A DNA stretch of 64,000 nucleotides from an uncultured Verrucomicrobiae bacterium (lineage in GTDB: Bacteria; Verrucomicrobiota; Verrucomicrobiia; Chthoniobacterales; JAFAMB01), in the NCBI GenBank assembly GCA_963837955.1, contig CAWIPH010000002.1, positions 3,392,001 through 3,456,000 of the forward strand, given 5' to 3'. The position numbers and the translations under genes are program-made. Shown here piece after piece: positions 29,033 through 39,507 of this stretch. Within the stretch, counting starts at the first letter, position 1. Each line of letters begins with the position of its first letter. Below the pieces are notes generated by a model. It was not told where the DNA came from and searched no databases. It saw only the letters and a list, made by a program, of their open reading frames with translations.

Positions 29033-31105
29033 TTATCGAACAGCCAGCTGCCTCGCCGAAGAATCGGCTACATTCGCGAGAACCAGATCTAACAGCGCCA
29101 GGGTGCCAATCAGTTGGCCGCCACTGTTTTCGACGGCGAATTCGCGATCGGCGGTTTGAGCAAAACGGAGCAAGACTTGGTCAACGAGCTCATCCGGTTT
29201 GGTGCCGATAAAAGGTAATATCAACAAATCTTGCACGGCCGATTCCCCGCGAACCTTTCCCTGTTGCAACAGATCAAAGACGAACTCCATGCGTAACCAT
29301 CCTTTGCACTGTTGATCTTGATTCACCACCGGCAGCATCGATGCTGCAGCCTGCTGGAATGTTTTCAGCGCTGACATCACAGAATCAGTCTCGTGAATCA
29401 CGATCGGGTTGGCCCGCATGAAATCCGCGACTCGCTTCTGACGAATTCCTGGAGAGGCTCGATTAACAATGGCCTTGCGTTCATCCAGCGTCAGGTATTG
29501 GACTGAAGTTCGGCGGAAGAGGTAGCCCAGCGTCAGACTATTTTGAGCCAAAGCGTCAAAAGTAGCTTTGTCCAGGGCGAGCAGCGTCGTGGGCTCCAAG
29601 GCCGTCGCGTTAAACTGTCGCCTCAGGTTTTGGAGAAGTTCCCTTTCGCCGAAATGGTGGCCAGGCGTTAGTGCGCGAACCGGCCCGTTCTCGTCGGAGA
29701 GTTCCACCTTTCCTTTTTCGATGATATAGAAAGAGAAAGCTGGATCGCCGATATGAAAGACCGGGTCGCCTTTCTCTAAATGGACGCGGCCGACCACCTC
29801 GGTCATTTTGATATCCAGAAGACTGATGTCCCGAGGGAACAAGAGCTCCAGACTCCACTCCATGAACACTTTCAATTTCCGCTCCAATCCCGGCAGTTTG
29901 GATAGGTATACGGCTCGCCACATCAGCCAACCTAACAACCCAGAGACTTTGAACCCGAAAACCTTGCCTACAGCGTTCAAATGCCCAAGAGAAGCCATTT
30001 CTCCCAGGGCTTTGAAGCCGAAAGGCTGCAGCGGGCTCTTGCTTCGCAGAGCGACAATGTTCTTCCCCAGGATCGTGCCTTGGCGAATCGCGAATTGCGC
30101 AGTCGCCGGCGAGACACTTCCATCGGTCAGCGGCACCGCAGCGCAATCGCCAGCCGCCCAGAGATTTTGGTGCCCTTTCAATCGCATCGTCGGTTCGGTG
30201 ACCAGTCGCCCTTTGGAGTTGGCTAACTGATATCGATCGATCAATTTTTGGATCACCGGGTGAGTCGCATTCCCGACCGTTGTCACCACCGTGTTGGTTT
30301 CGATCACATCGCCCGTGCTCAGAATAGCTCGCTCGGCGGTGATGGCGTTTACTCGAGTGTCTAGCCGCACCTCAATTCCACGCTTCGCCAGGTGCTCACC
30401 ACAATAACGCCCCAACTCCTCGCCGATTTGCGGCAATAGATAAGGACCGCTGTGAACCAAAACTAAGCGAAAATCTTTGCGGTCGAGTCTCGGATAAAAT
30501 TTGCGTACATCCCGAAGCAGGTCGTAAATCTGGCCGGCGGTCTCCACACCGGAATATCCGCCGCCAACGACAACGAAGGTGAGAAGTTTTTGGCGCAATG
30601 CCTTGGTCCTGGTCACGCTCGCTTCTTCCAACCGTTGGATCACTTCTGCGCGCAGCCGGATAGCGTCCCCGACAGTTTTCATCAGATACCCGTGCTCCGG
30701 CATTCCCGGAACGCGGCTCACGTCCACTACGCTGCCAATGGCAAATACGAGATGTTCAAACTTCAAGGTGGCATCGCGAACAAAGGGCCCCGGAGAAAAG
30801 CGAACGGTCTGAGCATCAAGGTCAACTTCCTCCACGGATCCCATAAAAATGGAGCTGCCTCGGCAGAATTCGCGGAGTGGATTGACGACGTGGAGCGGTG
30901 AAATCGACGACCCACTTACCTCAGCCAACATCGGGTGGAAGAGCATTGCGTTTTGGTCCGCTAAAAGGGCCACGTTTTCAGCGGCATCAGGCAGGCCTGC
31001 GGTCAACGCTCGCGCGCAGTAAGTACCCGCGAATCCCCCGCCCAGGATGACGACTGGAAAAGAATAGGTTTCGGAAGCTAAGGACGAAGGCTGGTTGTCG
31101 GTCAT
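29033..31105 (-). CDS. type II NADH dehydrogenase-like flavoprotein fused to cNMP-binding and tandem CBS domains
   Basis: GGGFAG and GGGYSGVE dinucleotide motifs, WAAGDCA, TAQFA and WRAVYLSKLPG; then FYIIEKGKV...HFGERELL (cNMP) and VADFM...LPVV (CBS). Confidence 0.88.
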   Translation of the reverse strand: MTDNQPSSLASETYSFPVVILGGGFAGTYCARALTAGLPDAAENVALLADQNAMLFHPMLAEVSGSSISPLHVVNPLREFCRGSSIFMGSVEEVDLDAQTVRFSPGPFVRDATLKFEHLVFAIGSVVDVSRVPGMPEHGYLMKTVGDAIRLRAEVIQRLEEASVTRTKALRQKLLTFVVVGGGYSGVETAGQIYDLLRDVRKFYPRLDRKDFRLVLVHSGPYLLPQIGEELGRYCGEHLAKRGIEVRLDTRVNAITAERAILSTGDVIETNTVVTTVGNATHPVIQKLIDRYQLANSKGRLVTEPTMRLKGHQNLWAAGDCAAVPLTDGSVSPATAQFAIRQGTILGKNIVALRSKSPLQPFGFKALGEMASLGHLNAVGKVFGFKVSGLLGWLMWRAVYLSKLPGLERKLKVFMEWSLELLFPRDISLLDIKMTEVVGRVHLEKGDPVFHIGDPAFSFYIIEKGKVELSDENGPVRALTPGHHFGERELLQNLRRQFNATALEPTTLLALDKATFDALAQNSLTLGYLFRRTSVQYLTLDERKAIVNRASPGIRQKRVADFMRANPIVIHETDSVMSALKTFQQAAASMLPVVNQDQQCKGWLRMEFVFDLLQQGKVRGESAVQDLLILPFIGTKPDELVDQVLLRFAQTADREFAVENSGGQLIGTLALLDLVLANVADSSARQLAVR

Positions 31106-31218
31106 GGTTTTATACTTCTATGAGAGCCACATTTTGCAGGGGCGCAGAGCCGCTCAGCGCGACTGAATTTCAGCGACCAAGAAGGAGGAGATCAAAGCAT
31201 GTGTCTTCCTTTTTGATC

Positions 31219-31911
31219 TCATTTGAGCTGTGTTGTCGCTGCGCGATCTGCGAGCACCAAAGCTCTTTCCTGATTTACGCGTCCGGCTGGAATTGACGGA
31301 TCGCCTTCCCGGAGGCGGACAAGCATTCCAGCTTTCTCACTCCCAGTGACCAACCAAAGGATGCGTCGAGCGCGATTGAGAATCGGGTATGTCAACGTCA
31401 TCCGGCGCCTCCCTTGATAGATCCCGGTCACGGCAACGTCTGCGTCGCTCACTTGGAGGACGGCGTCGCCGGGCACCAGCGAAGCGGTGTGCCCATCCGG
31501 TCCGAGTCCCAGGTGGATGAGATCGAGCACCGGCGGCGAGCCGGCGATCTTCGCGAGCACCTCAGCATACTGCTTCGCGGCCGCTTCCAGATCGGTCGAT
31601 TCCACTGGCATGGCGTAGACTTGTTCGGGAGGTAACGGCGCATGCTTCAGCAGGCTTTCGCGCAAGTGAGTGAGGTTGCGGTCGGGGTCTCCCGCCGGAG
31701 CCACCCGTTCGTCGACCTGTGCCAAATGCACGCTCTCCCAAGGAACCTGCTCTCCGGCCAGAGCACGGAGCATAATCCAAGGGGTGTGCCCGCCACTGAC
31801 CGCCATGATAAAACGCTCGCGCTCGGCAACTGCTGTTCGCGCCTCTGCGGCGATAATCTTGGCGGCCTCTCGGGCCACCGAATCGGCATCTGCGAATATT
31901 TCAATCTTCAT
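31219..31911 (-). CDS. pgl: 6-phosphogluconolactonase
   Basis: SGGHTP, VDERVAP, LGLGPDGHTASL and RMTLT. Confidence 0.96.
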   Translation of the reverse strand: MKIEIFADADSVAREAAKIIAAEARTAVAERERFIMAVSGGHTPWIMLRALAGEQVPWESVHLAQVDERVAPAGDPDRNLTHLRESLLKHAPLPPEQVYAMPVESTDLEAAAKQYAEVLAKIAGSPPVLDLIHLGLGPDGHTASLVPGDAVLQVSDADVAVTGIYQGRRRMTLTYPILNRARRILWLVTGSEKAGMLVRLREGDPSIPAGRVNQERALVLADRAATTQLK

Positions 31912-31933
31912 GTAAACGTCTCCAATATCGGGA

Positions 31934-33310
31934 CTACCCTTTCACAATTGGGTTCTGCCAGCCCGCGGGAGGTGAAACTTTGTGATCGACTTCGCTCGGT
32001 CCCCAGCTGTTCGGCTCGTATTCAATAACGGGGGTGCTCGAACTCAGTACCGGATCGACGATTCGCCATGCCTCTTCGACATAGTCCTCTCGGGCAAACA
32101 GGGTCGGGTCCCCCGCCATAGCGTCTCCTAAGACGCGTTCGTAAGCATCCATCTCGTCCGCGCGAGGCTGCCGGCTTATTATCATCTCGACAGACTGGCT
32201 GACTGTATCCTCTCCAGGGGCGATAACGTTCATGCCGAGGGCCAGGGTGACCTCGGGGCTGATCCGAAACCGGAAATAGTTCGGCGTCAGATTGAACTGC
32301 TCAAACATTGTCGGGGGCTGACGGAGCCGAACGACGATTTCTGCGCACGTCACGGGAAGACATTTCCCCGCCCGAATGTAGAAAGGAACGCCTTTCCATC
32401 GCCAGGAATCAATCTCCAGTTGCAGCGCGGCAAAGGTTTCCACCTGAGAGTCTGGCGCGACGCCTTTTTCGTTGCGGTAGCCACGGAACTGCCCGCGAAC
32501 CACGTCCTCGCTTTTCAGGGGCGGAATCGCTTTGAGAACTTTGACCTTTTCATCTCGGATCGACTCGCTGTCGTTTCTAGGAGGAGGCTCCATGGCCAGG
32601 TTGGCTAGAATCTGAAATAGATGATTCTGAATCACGTCGCGGATAGTGCCCGTATCGTCGTAGAAAGCGCCTCGGCCCTGGACCCCGAAGTCTTCGGCCA
32701 TCGTGATCTGCACGCTTTCGACGTAGTTGCGATTCCAAAACGGTTCCAGGAACGCGTTTGCAAAACGGAAGAAAAGCATGTTATGCACCGGCCGTTTCCC
32801 CAGGTAATGGTCGATGCGAAAGATTCTATTCTCGTCGAACGTCCCGAGTAGAATCCGGTTGAGGTGCTGGGCCGAAGCGAGGTCCCGGCCGAAGGGCTTT
32901 TCGATGATAACCCGAGCACCATCGGTGCAGCCCGACTTCGCCAACTGTTCGACGACTAGCCCGAATAAGACGGGCGGTATGGCCAGGTAATGCGCCGGTC
33001 TCTGGACCGAGCCAAGCTCTTTACGGATAGCCTGAAACGTTGCTGAATCCTTGTAATCGCCGTCTACGTAGCGCAGCAAGGCAGATAGCTTATCAAATGC
33101 CGCAGCATCGAGACCTCCGTGTTTCTCGACGCTATCCCGCGCTCTAGCCTTGAGCTGGTCGAGGTTCCAATCGGCTTTGGCCACAGCGATGACTGGCACG
33201 TTCAGGTGTCCGCGTTTGACCATCGCCTGCAGGGCAGGAAAAATCTTCTTGTAAGCCAGATCTCCGGTGGCACCGAAAAATACCAGAGCATCCGAATGGA
33301 GAGGAGTCAT
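31934..33310 (-). CDS. zwf: glucose-6-phosphate dehydrogenase
   Basis: [21 protein letters not shown] and RDVIQNHL. Confidence 0.98.
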   Translation of the reverse strand: MTPLHSDALVFFGATGDLAYKKIFPALQAMVKRGHLNVPVIAVAKADWNLDQLKARARDSVEKHGGLDAAAFDKLSALLRYVDGDYKDSATFQAIRKELGSVQRPAHYLAIPPVLFGLVVEQLAKSGCTDGARVIIEKPFGRDLASAQHLNRILLGTFDENRIFRIDHYLGKRPVHNMLFFRFANAFLEPFWNRNYVESVQITMAEDFGVQGRGAFYDDTGTIRDVIQNHLFQILANLAMEPPPRNDSESIRDEKVKVLKAIPPLKSEDVVRGQFRGYRNEKGVAPDSQVETFAALQLEIDSWRWKGVPFYIRAGKCLPVTCAEIVVRLRQPPTMFEQFNLTPNYFRFRISPEVTLALGMNVIAPGEDTVSQSVEMIISRQPRADEMDAYERVLGDAMAGDPTLFAREDYVEEAWRIVDPVLSSSTPVIEYEPNSWGPSEVDHKVSPPAGWQNPIVKG

Positions 33311-33320
33311 GGTTTATTCC

Positions 33321-34337
33321 TTATTTCGCGGACTTTTCTAGGTGTCCGCCGAACTCGAACCGCATGGCTGAAAGGAGTTTGTCCTGGAAGTCGGCATCAC
33401 CGCGCGAGCTGAATCGTTCGTACAGGGCCGTGGTGAGTACTGGTACGGGAACGCCTTCATCGATGGCGGCCTTGATGGTCCATCGCCCCTCGCCCGAATC
33501 TGAGACTCGACCGGAGAAACCGGAGAGCACGGGGTCTTTGGCCAGGGCGATCGCCGTCAGGTCCAGCAACCACGAGGCGATCACACTTCCACGCCGCCAC
33601 ACCTCGGCGATGTTACCAAGATCGAGGTCATATTGGTAATACTCGGGATCGCGTAACGGCGTCGTCTCAGCGTCAATTGCCTGTTGCCGCTTGCCAATGT
33701 TGGCGTCGCGCAAGACGCCTAGCCCCTCGGCATACGCCGCCATGATTCCATATTCGATGCCGTTGTGGACCATTTTGACGAAGTGACCGGCGCCGTTGGA
33801 ACCGCAGTGCAGGTAACCCGACTCGGATGTGGTACCCAGTTTTTCCCGTCCTGGGGTGCGCGAAATGTCGCCGAGACCCGGCGCCAGCGTTGCGAAGATC
33901 GGATCAAGATGTTTCACCACCGCGGGTTCGCCGCCGATCATCATGCAATAGCCGCGCTCTAAACCCCAGACACCTCCGCTCGTTCCAACATCCACGTAAT
34001 GGATTTTCCTCGTCGCGAGTTCCTTGGCTCGCCGGATGTCGTCTACGTAATAGGAATTGCCACCATCGATAAGAATGTCGCCTGGCTCGAGCAACGGCAC
34101 GAGGTCAGCGATGGTTTTGTCCACGATTGCGGCCGGCACCATTAACCAGAGCGCGCGCGGCTTCGTGAGTTTCTTAACGAGATCGGCCAACGAGGAGGTG
34201 CCAACCGCTTTGTCCTGGACTAACTCCTCTACCGCCTTCGGTGATACGTCGAAGACTACACCGTCATGCCCCGCCTTTATAAGGCGTCGCACCATATTTG
34301 CGCCCATTCTTCCGAGCCCGATCATTCCGAGTTGCAT
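33321..34337 (-). CDS. gnd: 6-phosphogluconate dehydrogenase, decarboxylating (short form)
   Basis: GLGRMG, DGGNS, GTSGG and [14 protein letters not shown]. Confidence 0.97.
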   Translation of the reverse strand: MQLGMIGLGRMGANMVRRLIKAGHDGVVFDVSPKAVEELVQDKAVGTSSLADLVKKLTKPRALWLMVPAAIVDKTIADLVPLLEPGDILIDGGNSYYVDDIRRAKELATRKIHYVDVGTSGGVWGLERGYCMMIGGEPAVVKHLDPIFATLAPGLGDISRTPGREKLGTTSESGYLHCGSNGAGHFVKMVHNGIEYGIMAAYAEGLGVLRDANIGKRQQAIDAETTPLRDPEYYQYDLDLGNIAEVWRRGSVIASWLLDLTAIALAKDPVLSGFSGRVSDSGEGRWTIKAAIDEGVPVPVLTTALYERFSSRGDADFQDKLLSAMRFEFGGHLEKSAK

Positions 34338-34475
34338 TACAGGGTTCCTTTCTTCAGAGCTGATTGCTCTTTTTAGATGAATTTCATTACGTGGTTGTTT
34401 ACCGGCCCGCGGCAGGACCGGGCCAGATCACTTCGTCTTTTCCTATTCCCTAGCCTCTTTGCCTTATGTCTCCCC

Positions 34476-35393
34476 TCAGGAAGCGCGCGCCTTTTCAAAG
34501 ATGTCGACGAACGTTCGGTAGCGACGGGCTATCTCGGTCACGGCTTGCTCTCGCGTAATCTTTTTGTCCCGCCACCCAACGAGTGGCTCCCAGAAGACCG
34601 TCCGACCGACAGCGAAGCCGATGAACCCCGGGACTGTAGCCGCGGTCGTCAGCCATTCGTTCACCTTCTTGTCGTCCTCGCCCCGGCCGAGGATTATGCA
34701 GCCGACTTTGTCTCGATTGTTCCGGTGCGCAGCAGCTACAATCTTCTCGCAATCCTCGCGGCGGTCGAGCCCCTCGATCTTCCAGACGTCAGCCTCAACT
34801 CCTGCATCTTGGAGCTGCTCGATAGCCCGCGCCATCAATCCAGGCCGAAGCTCAAGGTCATAGGCCTTTTTGTCGCCGTTGACTCGGTCGAGTTGCGCTT
34901 TCTCCGGCGGCACAAGCAGCTCGAACATGAATAGACGGTGACTCTCCGAATGCAGGTAATCAGATAGGCGTTTGAGGCGGGCAGACTGTTGCTTGTTCAA
35001 GGTCTCGTCACCCTCAGGGTTATAGCGCACCAGCACCTTGCAGAAGGTTGGGTCGAAAGCCTCGATGTGCTTGGCGAAAGCCTCGCCATATTCGAAATCA
35101 AACTCGTCCTGCCCGCTCTTCTCGGCTGGACATGCGGTTATATAACCGTCCGCCTTCGCATCGCGGAGGATAGCTGCACCGAATTGCTCATCCACCAAAA
35201 TGCCAGCCTTCTCCTTGGGCACGCCAGCGGCGACGGCTACCTTGAATCCGTCATAGATTACCTGTTTAGCGGCAGCAATCTGTGCTGTTTGCTCTTCAGT
35301 CAGTGTTCCCTTCCAGCCAAACATTTTTGTCTGGAACGAGCCGCGGTGATCGAATGGTTGGATGTACAGAGGTTTATTATAACCAATATTCAT
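34476..35393 (-). CDS. DUF2090 family protein (class I aldolase-like TIM barrel, IolC C-terminal-like)
   Basis: [37 protein letters not shown] and GFAVGRT. Confidence 0.85.
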   Translation of the reverse strand: MNIGYNKPLYIQPFDHRGSFQTKMFGWKGTLTEEQTAQIAAAKQVIYDGFKVAVAAGVPKEKAGILVDEQFGAAILRDAKADGYITACPAEKSGQDEFDFEYGEAFAKHIEAFDPTFCKVLVRYNPEGDETLNKQQSARLKRLSDYLHSESHRLFMFELLVPPEKAQLDRVNGDKKAYDLELRPGLMARAIEQLQDAGVEADVWKIEGLDRREDCEKIVAAAHRNNRDKVGCIILGRGEDDKKVNEWLTTAATVPGFIGFAVGRTVFWEPLVGWRDKKITREQAVTEIARRYRTFVDIFEKARAS

Positions 35394-37042
35394 AACGTTC
35401 TGTTCCTGAGTTGACGGTAGCGGCGGATCAGGCAGTTGGTGGAGCTGTCATGTCCGAGCTCGGGTTCTGTTTTGGATTCGAGTTCCGGGATAATGCGCTG
35501 GGCCAGTACCTTGCCCAATTCGACACCCCACTGGTCGAACGAGTCGATGTTCCAGATCGTGCCCTGGGTAAAGACACTGTGCTCATAGAGTGCAACGAGC
35601 TTGCCGAGGCTCTGCGGCGTGAGCCGATCAGCGAGGATCGTGTTGGACGGACGATTGCCCTCGAAGACCCGGTGGGGCACGAGCCAATCTGGTGTGCCCT
35701 CGGCTTTTACTTGCTCGGGCGTCTTGCCGAACGCCAGCGCTTCGGTCTGGGCAAAGACGTTCGCCAGGAGCATATCGTGGTGCCGGCCCAGAGGATTGAG
35801 TGCCTCAACGAACGCGATGAAGTCGCACGGGATAAGCCGGGTCCCCTGGTGAATCAATTGATAAAACGAGTGCTGGCCGTTGGTTCCCGGTTCGCCCCAA
35901 TAGATCGGCCCGGTCGGGTAATCTACCTCGATCCCATCGAGCGTAACGTGTTTACCGTTACTCTCCATCGTCAACTGCTGCAGATAGGCGGGGAATCGCT
36001 TGAGGTACTGCTCATACGGTAGAACCGCCACAGTTTCGGCGCCGAAGAAATCGTTGTACCACACCGCCAGCAGGCCCATGAGCACAGGCAGGTTGCGCTC
36101 GAAAGGCGCGGTGCGGAAGTGCTCATCCATTTCGTGAAAACCGTCGAGCATTGCTCGGAAGTTGTCCGATCCAATGGCTAACATCGTCGAGAGCCCGATC
36201 GCGGAATCCATGGAATAACGTCCACCAACCCAATCCCAGAATTCGAACATGTTGGCCGTGTCGATACCGAACTCGGATACCTTCGCGGCATTGGTGGAGA
36301 CAGCGACGAAATGCTTGGCCACGGCGTTGACATCGCCGCCGAGCCCTTTGAGCGACCAGTCACGCGCCGAGTGGGCGTTGGTCATTGTCTCTAAGGTCGT
36401 GAAAGTTTTTGAGGAGACGATGAAAAGGGTCTCGGATGGATCTAGATCACGGACGGCTTCCGCGAAGTCGGTTCCGTCGATGTTGGATACGAATCGGAAT
36501 GTCATCGCACGGTCGCTGTAATACTTGAGTGCTTCATACGCCATCACTGGCCCGAGGTCAGAGCCCCCGATGCCGATGTTGATAACGTTGCGAATGCGCT
36601 TGCCTGTGTGGCCCTTCCACACGCCGCTCCGAACCCGATTGGAAAAATCAGTCATTTTGTCCAGCACCGCATGGACTTGGGGGACCACATTCTCGCCGTC
36701 TACGACAATGGACGTCCCTCTCGGTGCCCGGAGAGCGACATGCAAGACGGCTCGGTTTTCGGTGATATTGATCTTCTCGCCTCGAAACATGGCATCGATC
36801 CGCTCGCGCAGATCGCATTCTTGCGCCAATTGCAGGAGGAGCTTGAGGGTTTCGTCGGTAACGCGATTCTTCGAGTAATCAAAGTAGAGGCCCACTGCCT
36901 CGAGAGTCATACGTTCACCGCGTTTGGGATCATCGGCGAAGAGTTTTCGGAGATGCAATTCCCGCGCCTTGTGATAGTGGGATTCGAGCTCTTTCCACGA
37001 TGGGCGTGCGGTGACTGATTGGATACCGGTGGTCATATTCAT
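35390..37042 (-). CDS. pgi: glucose-6-phosphate isomerase
   Basis: [29 protein letters not shown] and [10 protein letters not shown]. Has its own ATG at 37042 overlapping the tal stop (ATGA). Confidence 0.96.
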   Translation of the reverse strand: MNMTTGIQSVTARPSWKELESHYHKARELHLRKLFADDPKRGERMTLEAVGLYFDYSKNRVTDETLKLLLQLAQECDLRERIDAMFRGEKINITENRAVLHVALRAPRGTSIVVDGENVVPQVHAVLDKMTDFSNRVRSGVWKGHTGKRIRNVINIGIGGSDLGPVMAYEALKYYSDRAMTFRFVSNIDGTDFAEAVRDLDPSETLFIVSSKTFTTLETMTNAHSARDWSLKGLGGDVNAVAKHFVAVSTNAAKVSEFGIDTANMFEFWDWVGGRYSMDSAIGLSTMLAIGSDNFRAMLDGFHEMDEHFRTAPFERNLPVLMGLLAVWYNDFFGAETVAVLPYEQYLKRFPAYLQQLTMESNGKHVTLDGIEVDYPTGPIYWGEPGTNGQHSFYQLIHQGTRLIPCDFIAFVEALNPLGRHHDMLLANVFAQTEALAFGKTPEQVKAEGTPDWLVPHRVFEGNRPSNTILADRLTPQSLGKLVALYEHSVFTQGTIWNIDSFDQWGVELGKVLAQRIIPELESKTEPELGHDSSTNCLIRRYRQLRNRTL

Positions 37043-38131
37043 ATTCCTTTCGCTTCCTGAAGAGCGGCGCTCTTCGAGTCGATCACTGACATGAGTTCGT
37101 TCCAGGATTTTACAAATGAATCGGCCCCTTCGTCCTGGAGCCTTGCGGCCAGCGCGTTGATGTCGACACCGGCACTGGCGAACTGGGCCAATACTGCTTC
37201 GCAATCGCCGCCATCGGCGGGCACAATTGGGCCGACCTCGCCGTGGTCGACAAAGAGTTTCAAGGTGCGCCTCCGGCATTGTGTTAACCGTGAGCGGTGC
37301 GGCCAGCGTCTTGATGTAAAGGACGTCAGAGGCTTTGGGATCTTTGGTTCCGGTGCTGGCAAACAATAGTCGCTGTGGGCGGCCGCCGGCATTGAACACA
37401 CGTTTCCAACGCGGCGAAGCGATCAGGTCGCAGTACGCTTTGTAAATGCGTTTGCCTATGGCGATGCCGAGCTGGTCGTTGAGCGTGTCGGGCGTCTTGC
37501 CCATGATCGCAGAGTCCCAGCGGCTAATGAATACCGAGGCGACCGAACCAATATCTGGCTTCAGCCCTGCTGCGATACGCCGTTCGATGCCGCGCAGGTA
37601 CGCTTCGGCTTGCGCCAAATAGTGCTCACGGGAGAACAACAGGGTCACATTGACCGGCACCCCAGCAAAAATCGCCTCTTCGATGGCGGGCAGACCTTCT
37701 TTGGTGCCAGGAATCTTGATAAAGAGATTGGGGCGCCCCGCCCGGGCGTGCAGATCGTTGGCTTCGGCCAGGGTGGTTTTAGTGTCATGAGCCAACAAGG
37801 GAGAGACTTCCAGCGAAACCCATCCGTCGACACCGCAAGTCCGATCGTAAATTGGTCGGAACAGGTCAGCGGCCTTGGTGAGATCCTCGAGAGCTAGCTC
37901 AAAGAACAGTTCCTCACCTGATTTGCCTTCCTTGAGTTTCTGACGGATGGCCACGTCATAGTCGGTGCTATTCTTGATGGCATGATCGAAGATCGTTGGG
38001 TTGGATGTCAGCCCGGTGACAGAGAACTCGTCGATGTAGCGGCGGAGCGTACCGCTGTTCAGCAGATCCCGCGTGATATTGTCTAGCCAGAGACTTTGGC
38101 CCAGATCGTGGAGCTTTTGAGTCGCCTTCAT
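37039..38131 (-). CDS. tal: transaldolase, with a +1 frameshift near 37268 (probable sequence error)
   Basis: [30 protein letters not shown] and ASTGTK. After NTMPE the transaldolase C-terminus (TLKLFVDHG...[13 protein letters not shown]) continues in another frame to TGA at 37039. Confidence 0.9.
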
Positions 38132-38246
38132 AGTGTTATTTCTCGGCAATCGCTGACCGCTCGATCGGGAACTTTTGAGCCCGATATGTATTACAAGGGG
38201 GTTTCATACGAATTGGCACCGAGTCTAAATTCAGAGCTTCTGGCTG

Positions 38247-38303
38247 GCTATGACTCCAAAGAAGGTTTTGCTATCTACCCATTTGGTTAGTCAAGATTCC
38301 ATT
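38247..38303 (-). promoter_or_regulatory. 57-bp conserved upstream element, copy B (upstream of the tal operon)
   Basis: GCTATGACTCCAAAGAAGGTTTTGCTATCTACCCATTTGGTTAGTCAAGATTCCATT; near-identical to 23533-23589. Confidence 0.7.
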
Positions 38304-38479
38304 ACTCCGGCCCGCATGGAAACGCACGCGTTTCCATGAAATCTTGGAGTTTAGGCGAAATTCATTTCTTTGAGGGTATCGTGGCGCTCTTTCGCGAACG
38401 ACCTGTTATTATGGGTCGTAGGCTGACGATTGGGCGCCAGTAGCCGGGATCATAATCGTTGGCGGAATTACGCTGTTCA

Positions 38480-38932
38480 TTACTCCTTTCCTGCTTCGAG
38501 CGAAGCCACTTTAGCCAGGCGCCGCAGGTGCCGATCGGCTTGGCTGAACTCAGCGGCTAAGAACGTCTGGACCAGATCCCAGGCCACCGCCGGCCCCACC
38601 GTTCGTCCGCCCATGCAAAGGATGTTCATGTGATCGTCCTCGACTCCTTGCTTAGCCGAGAAATGGTCATGGATCAGGCAGGCGTGGACACCTTCAATCT
38701 TGTTGGCGCACACCGACGCACCCACCCCGCTGCCGCAGATCGCCAGGCCACGATCCACTTTACGCGTTGCCACCGCTCGCGCGAGTGGAACGACGAAGTC
38801 GGGATAGTCGTCGTCGGGGGTTAACGTGTGAGCGCCGAAATCAACGACCTCGTGACCAACCGCCCGGAGTTGAGTAACCAACTCCTCCTTCAAACCAAAT
38901 CCACCGTGGTCGGTGGCAATTCCAATGCGCAT
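38480..38932 (-). CDS. rpiB: ribose-5-phosphate isomerase B
   Basis: IATDHGG, DDYPD, ICGSGVG, ANK and RHLRRL. Confidence 0.95.
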   Translation of the reverse strand: MRIGIATDHGGFGLKEELVTQLRAVGHEVVDFGAHTLTPDDDYPDFVVPLARAVATRKVDRGLAICGSGVGASVCANKIEGVHACLIHDHFSAKQGVEDDHMNILCMGGRTVGPAVAWDLVQTFLAAEFSQADRHLRRLAKVASLEAGKE

Positions 38933-39076
38933 GGCATGTCCGATTTGTTGAGGTTAGTTCACTGCCTGCGTTGTAGCGGTTAATAGCTGCAGTCGCCCGT
39001 CACTAAAGATTGCAGACCGAAGGCCAAAGTAAACAGCTAACCCCTCTCGCATCCTGCAACGGGCAGCGAGGGTTTT

Positions 39077-39434
39077 TCGTCCTCGTACTCGTCGTCCCTC
39101 GTCCTCGAAAAACGGTGCCGTTAGCCTAACGGGCCGTGCAAATAGGTCTTTTTGCTGATCAACGCCTTCGATCGAGGCCACTTCGCGGGAAATCACCCAC
39201 GAAGCGAGGCCGAGAACGACGACGAGGACGAGTTTGGATCGGGGCTATGCGTCACGGTGTTCTTCTTTGAAAATAGTTCTTCTTCGCTGTCAGCAGTGCA
39301 AAGAGCACGGACACAATCGAAGGCGGAGGGGAACGCCCGGGATCCTTTTCTTCATCGTCCTCGTACTCGTCCTCGAAATCGGTGGGGTTGGCCTAACGAT
39401 CCGCGCAAATAGGTCTTTTTGCTGATCAACGCCT
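39077..39434. repeat. intergenic direct repeats (39077-39167 and 39355-39434) with an inverted GAGGACGA-type arm
   Basis: TCGTCCTCGTACTCGTC...GCCTAACG..CCG.GCAAATAGGTCTTTTTGCTGATCAACGCCT occurs twice; GAGAACGACGACGAGGACGA lies between the copies. Confidence 0.8.
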
Positions 39435-39507
39435 CGGTTTTGACCGATCCTGGATCGACTACGGTCGGACTCGCCTTCATGAGAACTTCATTCAAGTATC
39501 TCTGTCT

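Noticed and set aside
35390..38149. 919-aa Tal-Pgi fusion in the ORF track
   Set aside because: The linker ([11 protein letters not shown]...) is the off-frame reading of the transaldolase C-terminus caused by one extra base near 37268. The correct frame ends at TGA 37039, overlapping pgi's own ATG. Two genes plus an indel is the simpler reading.
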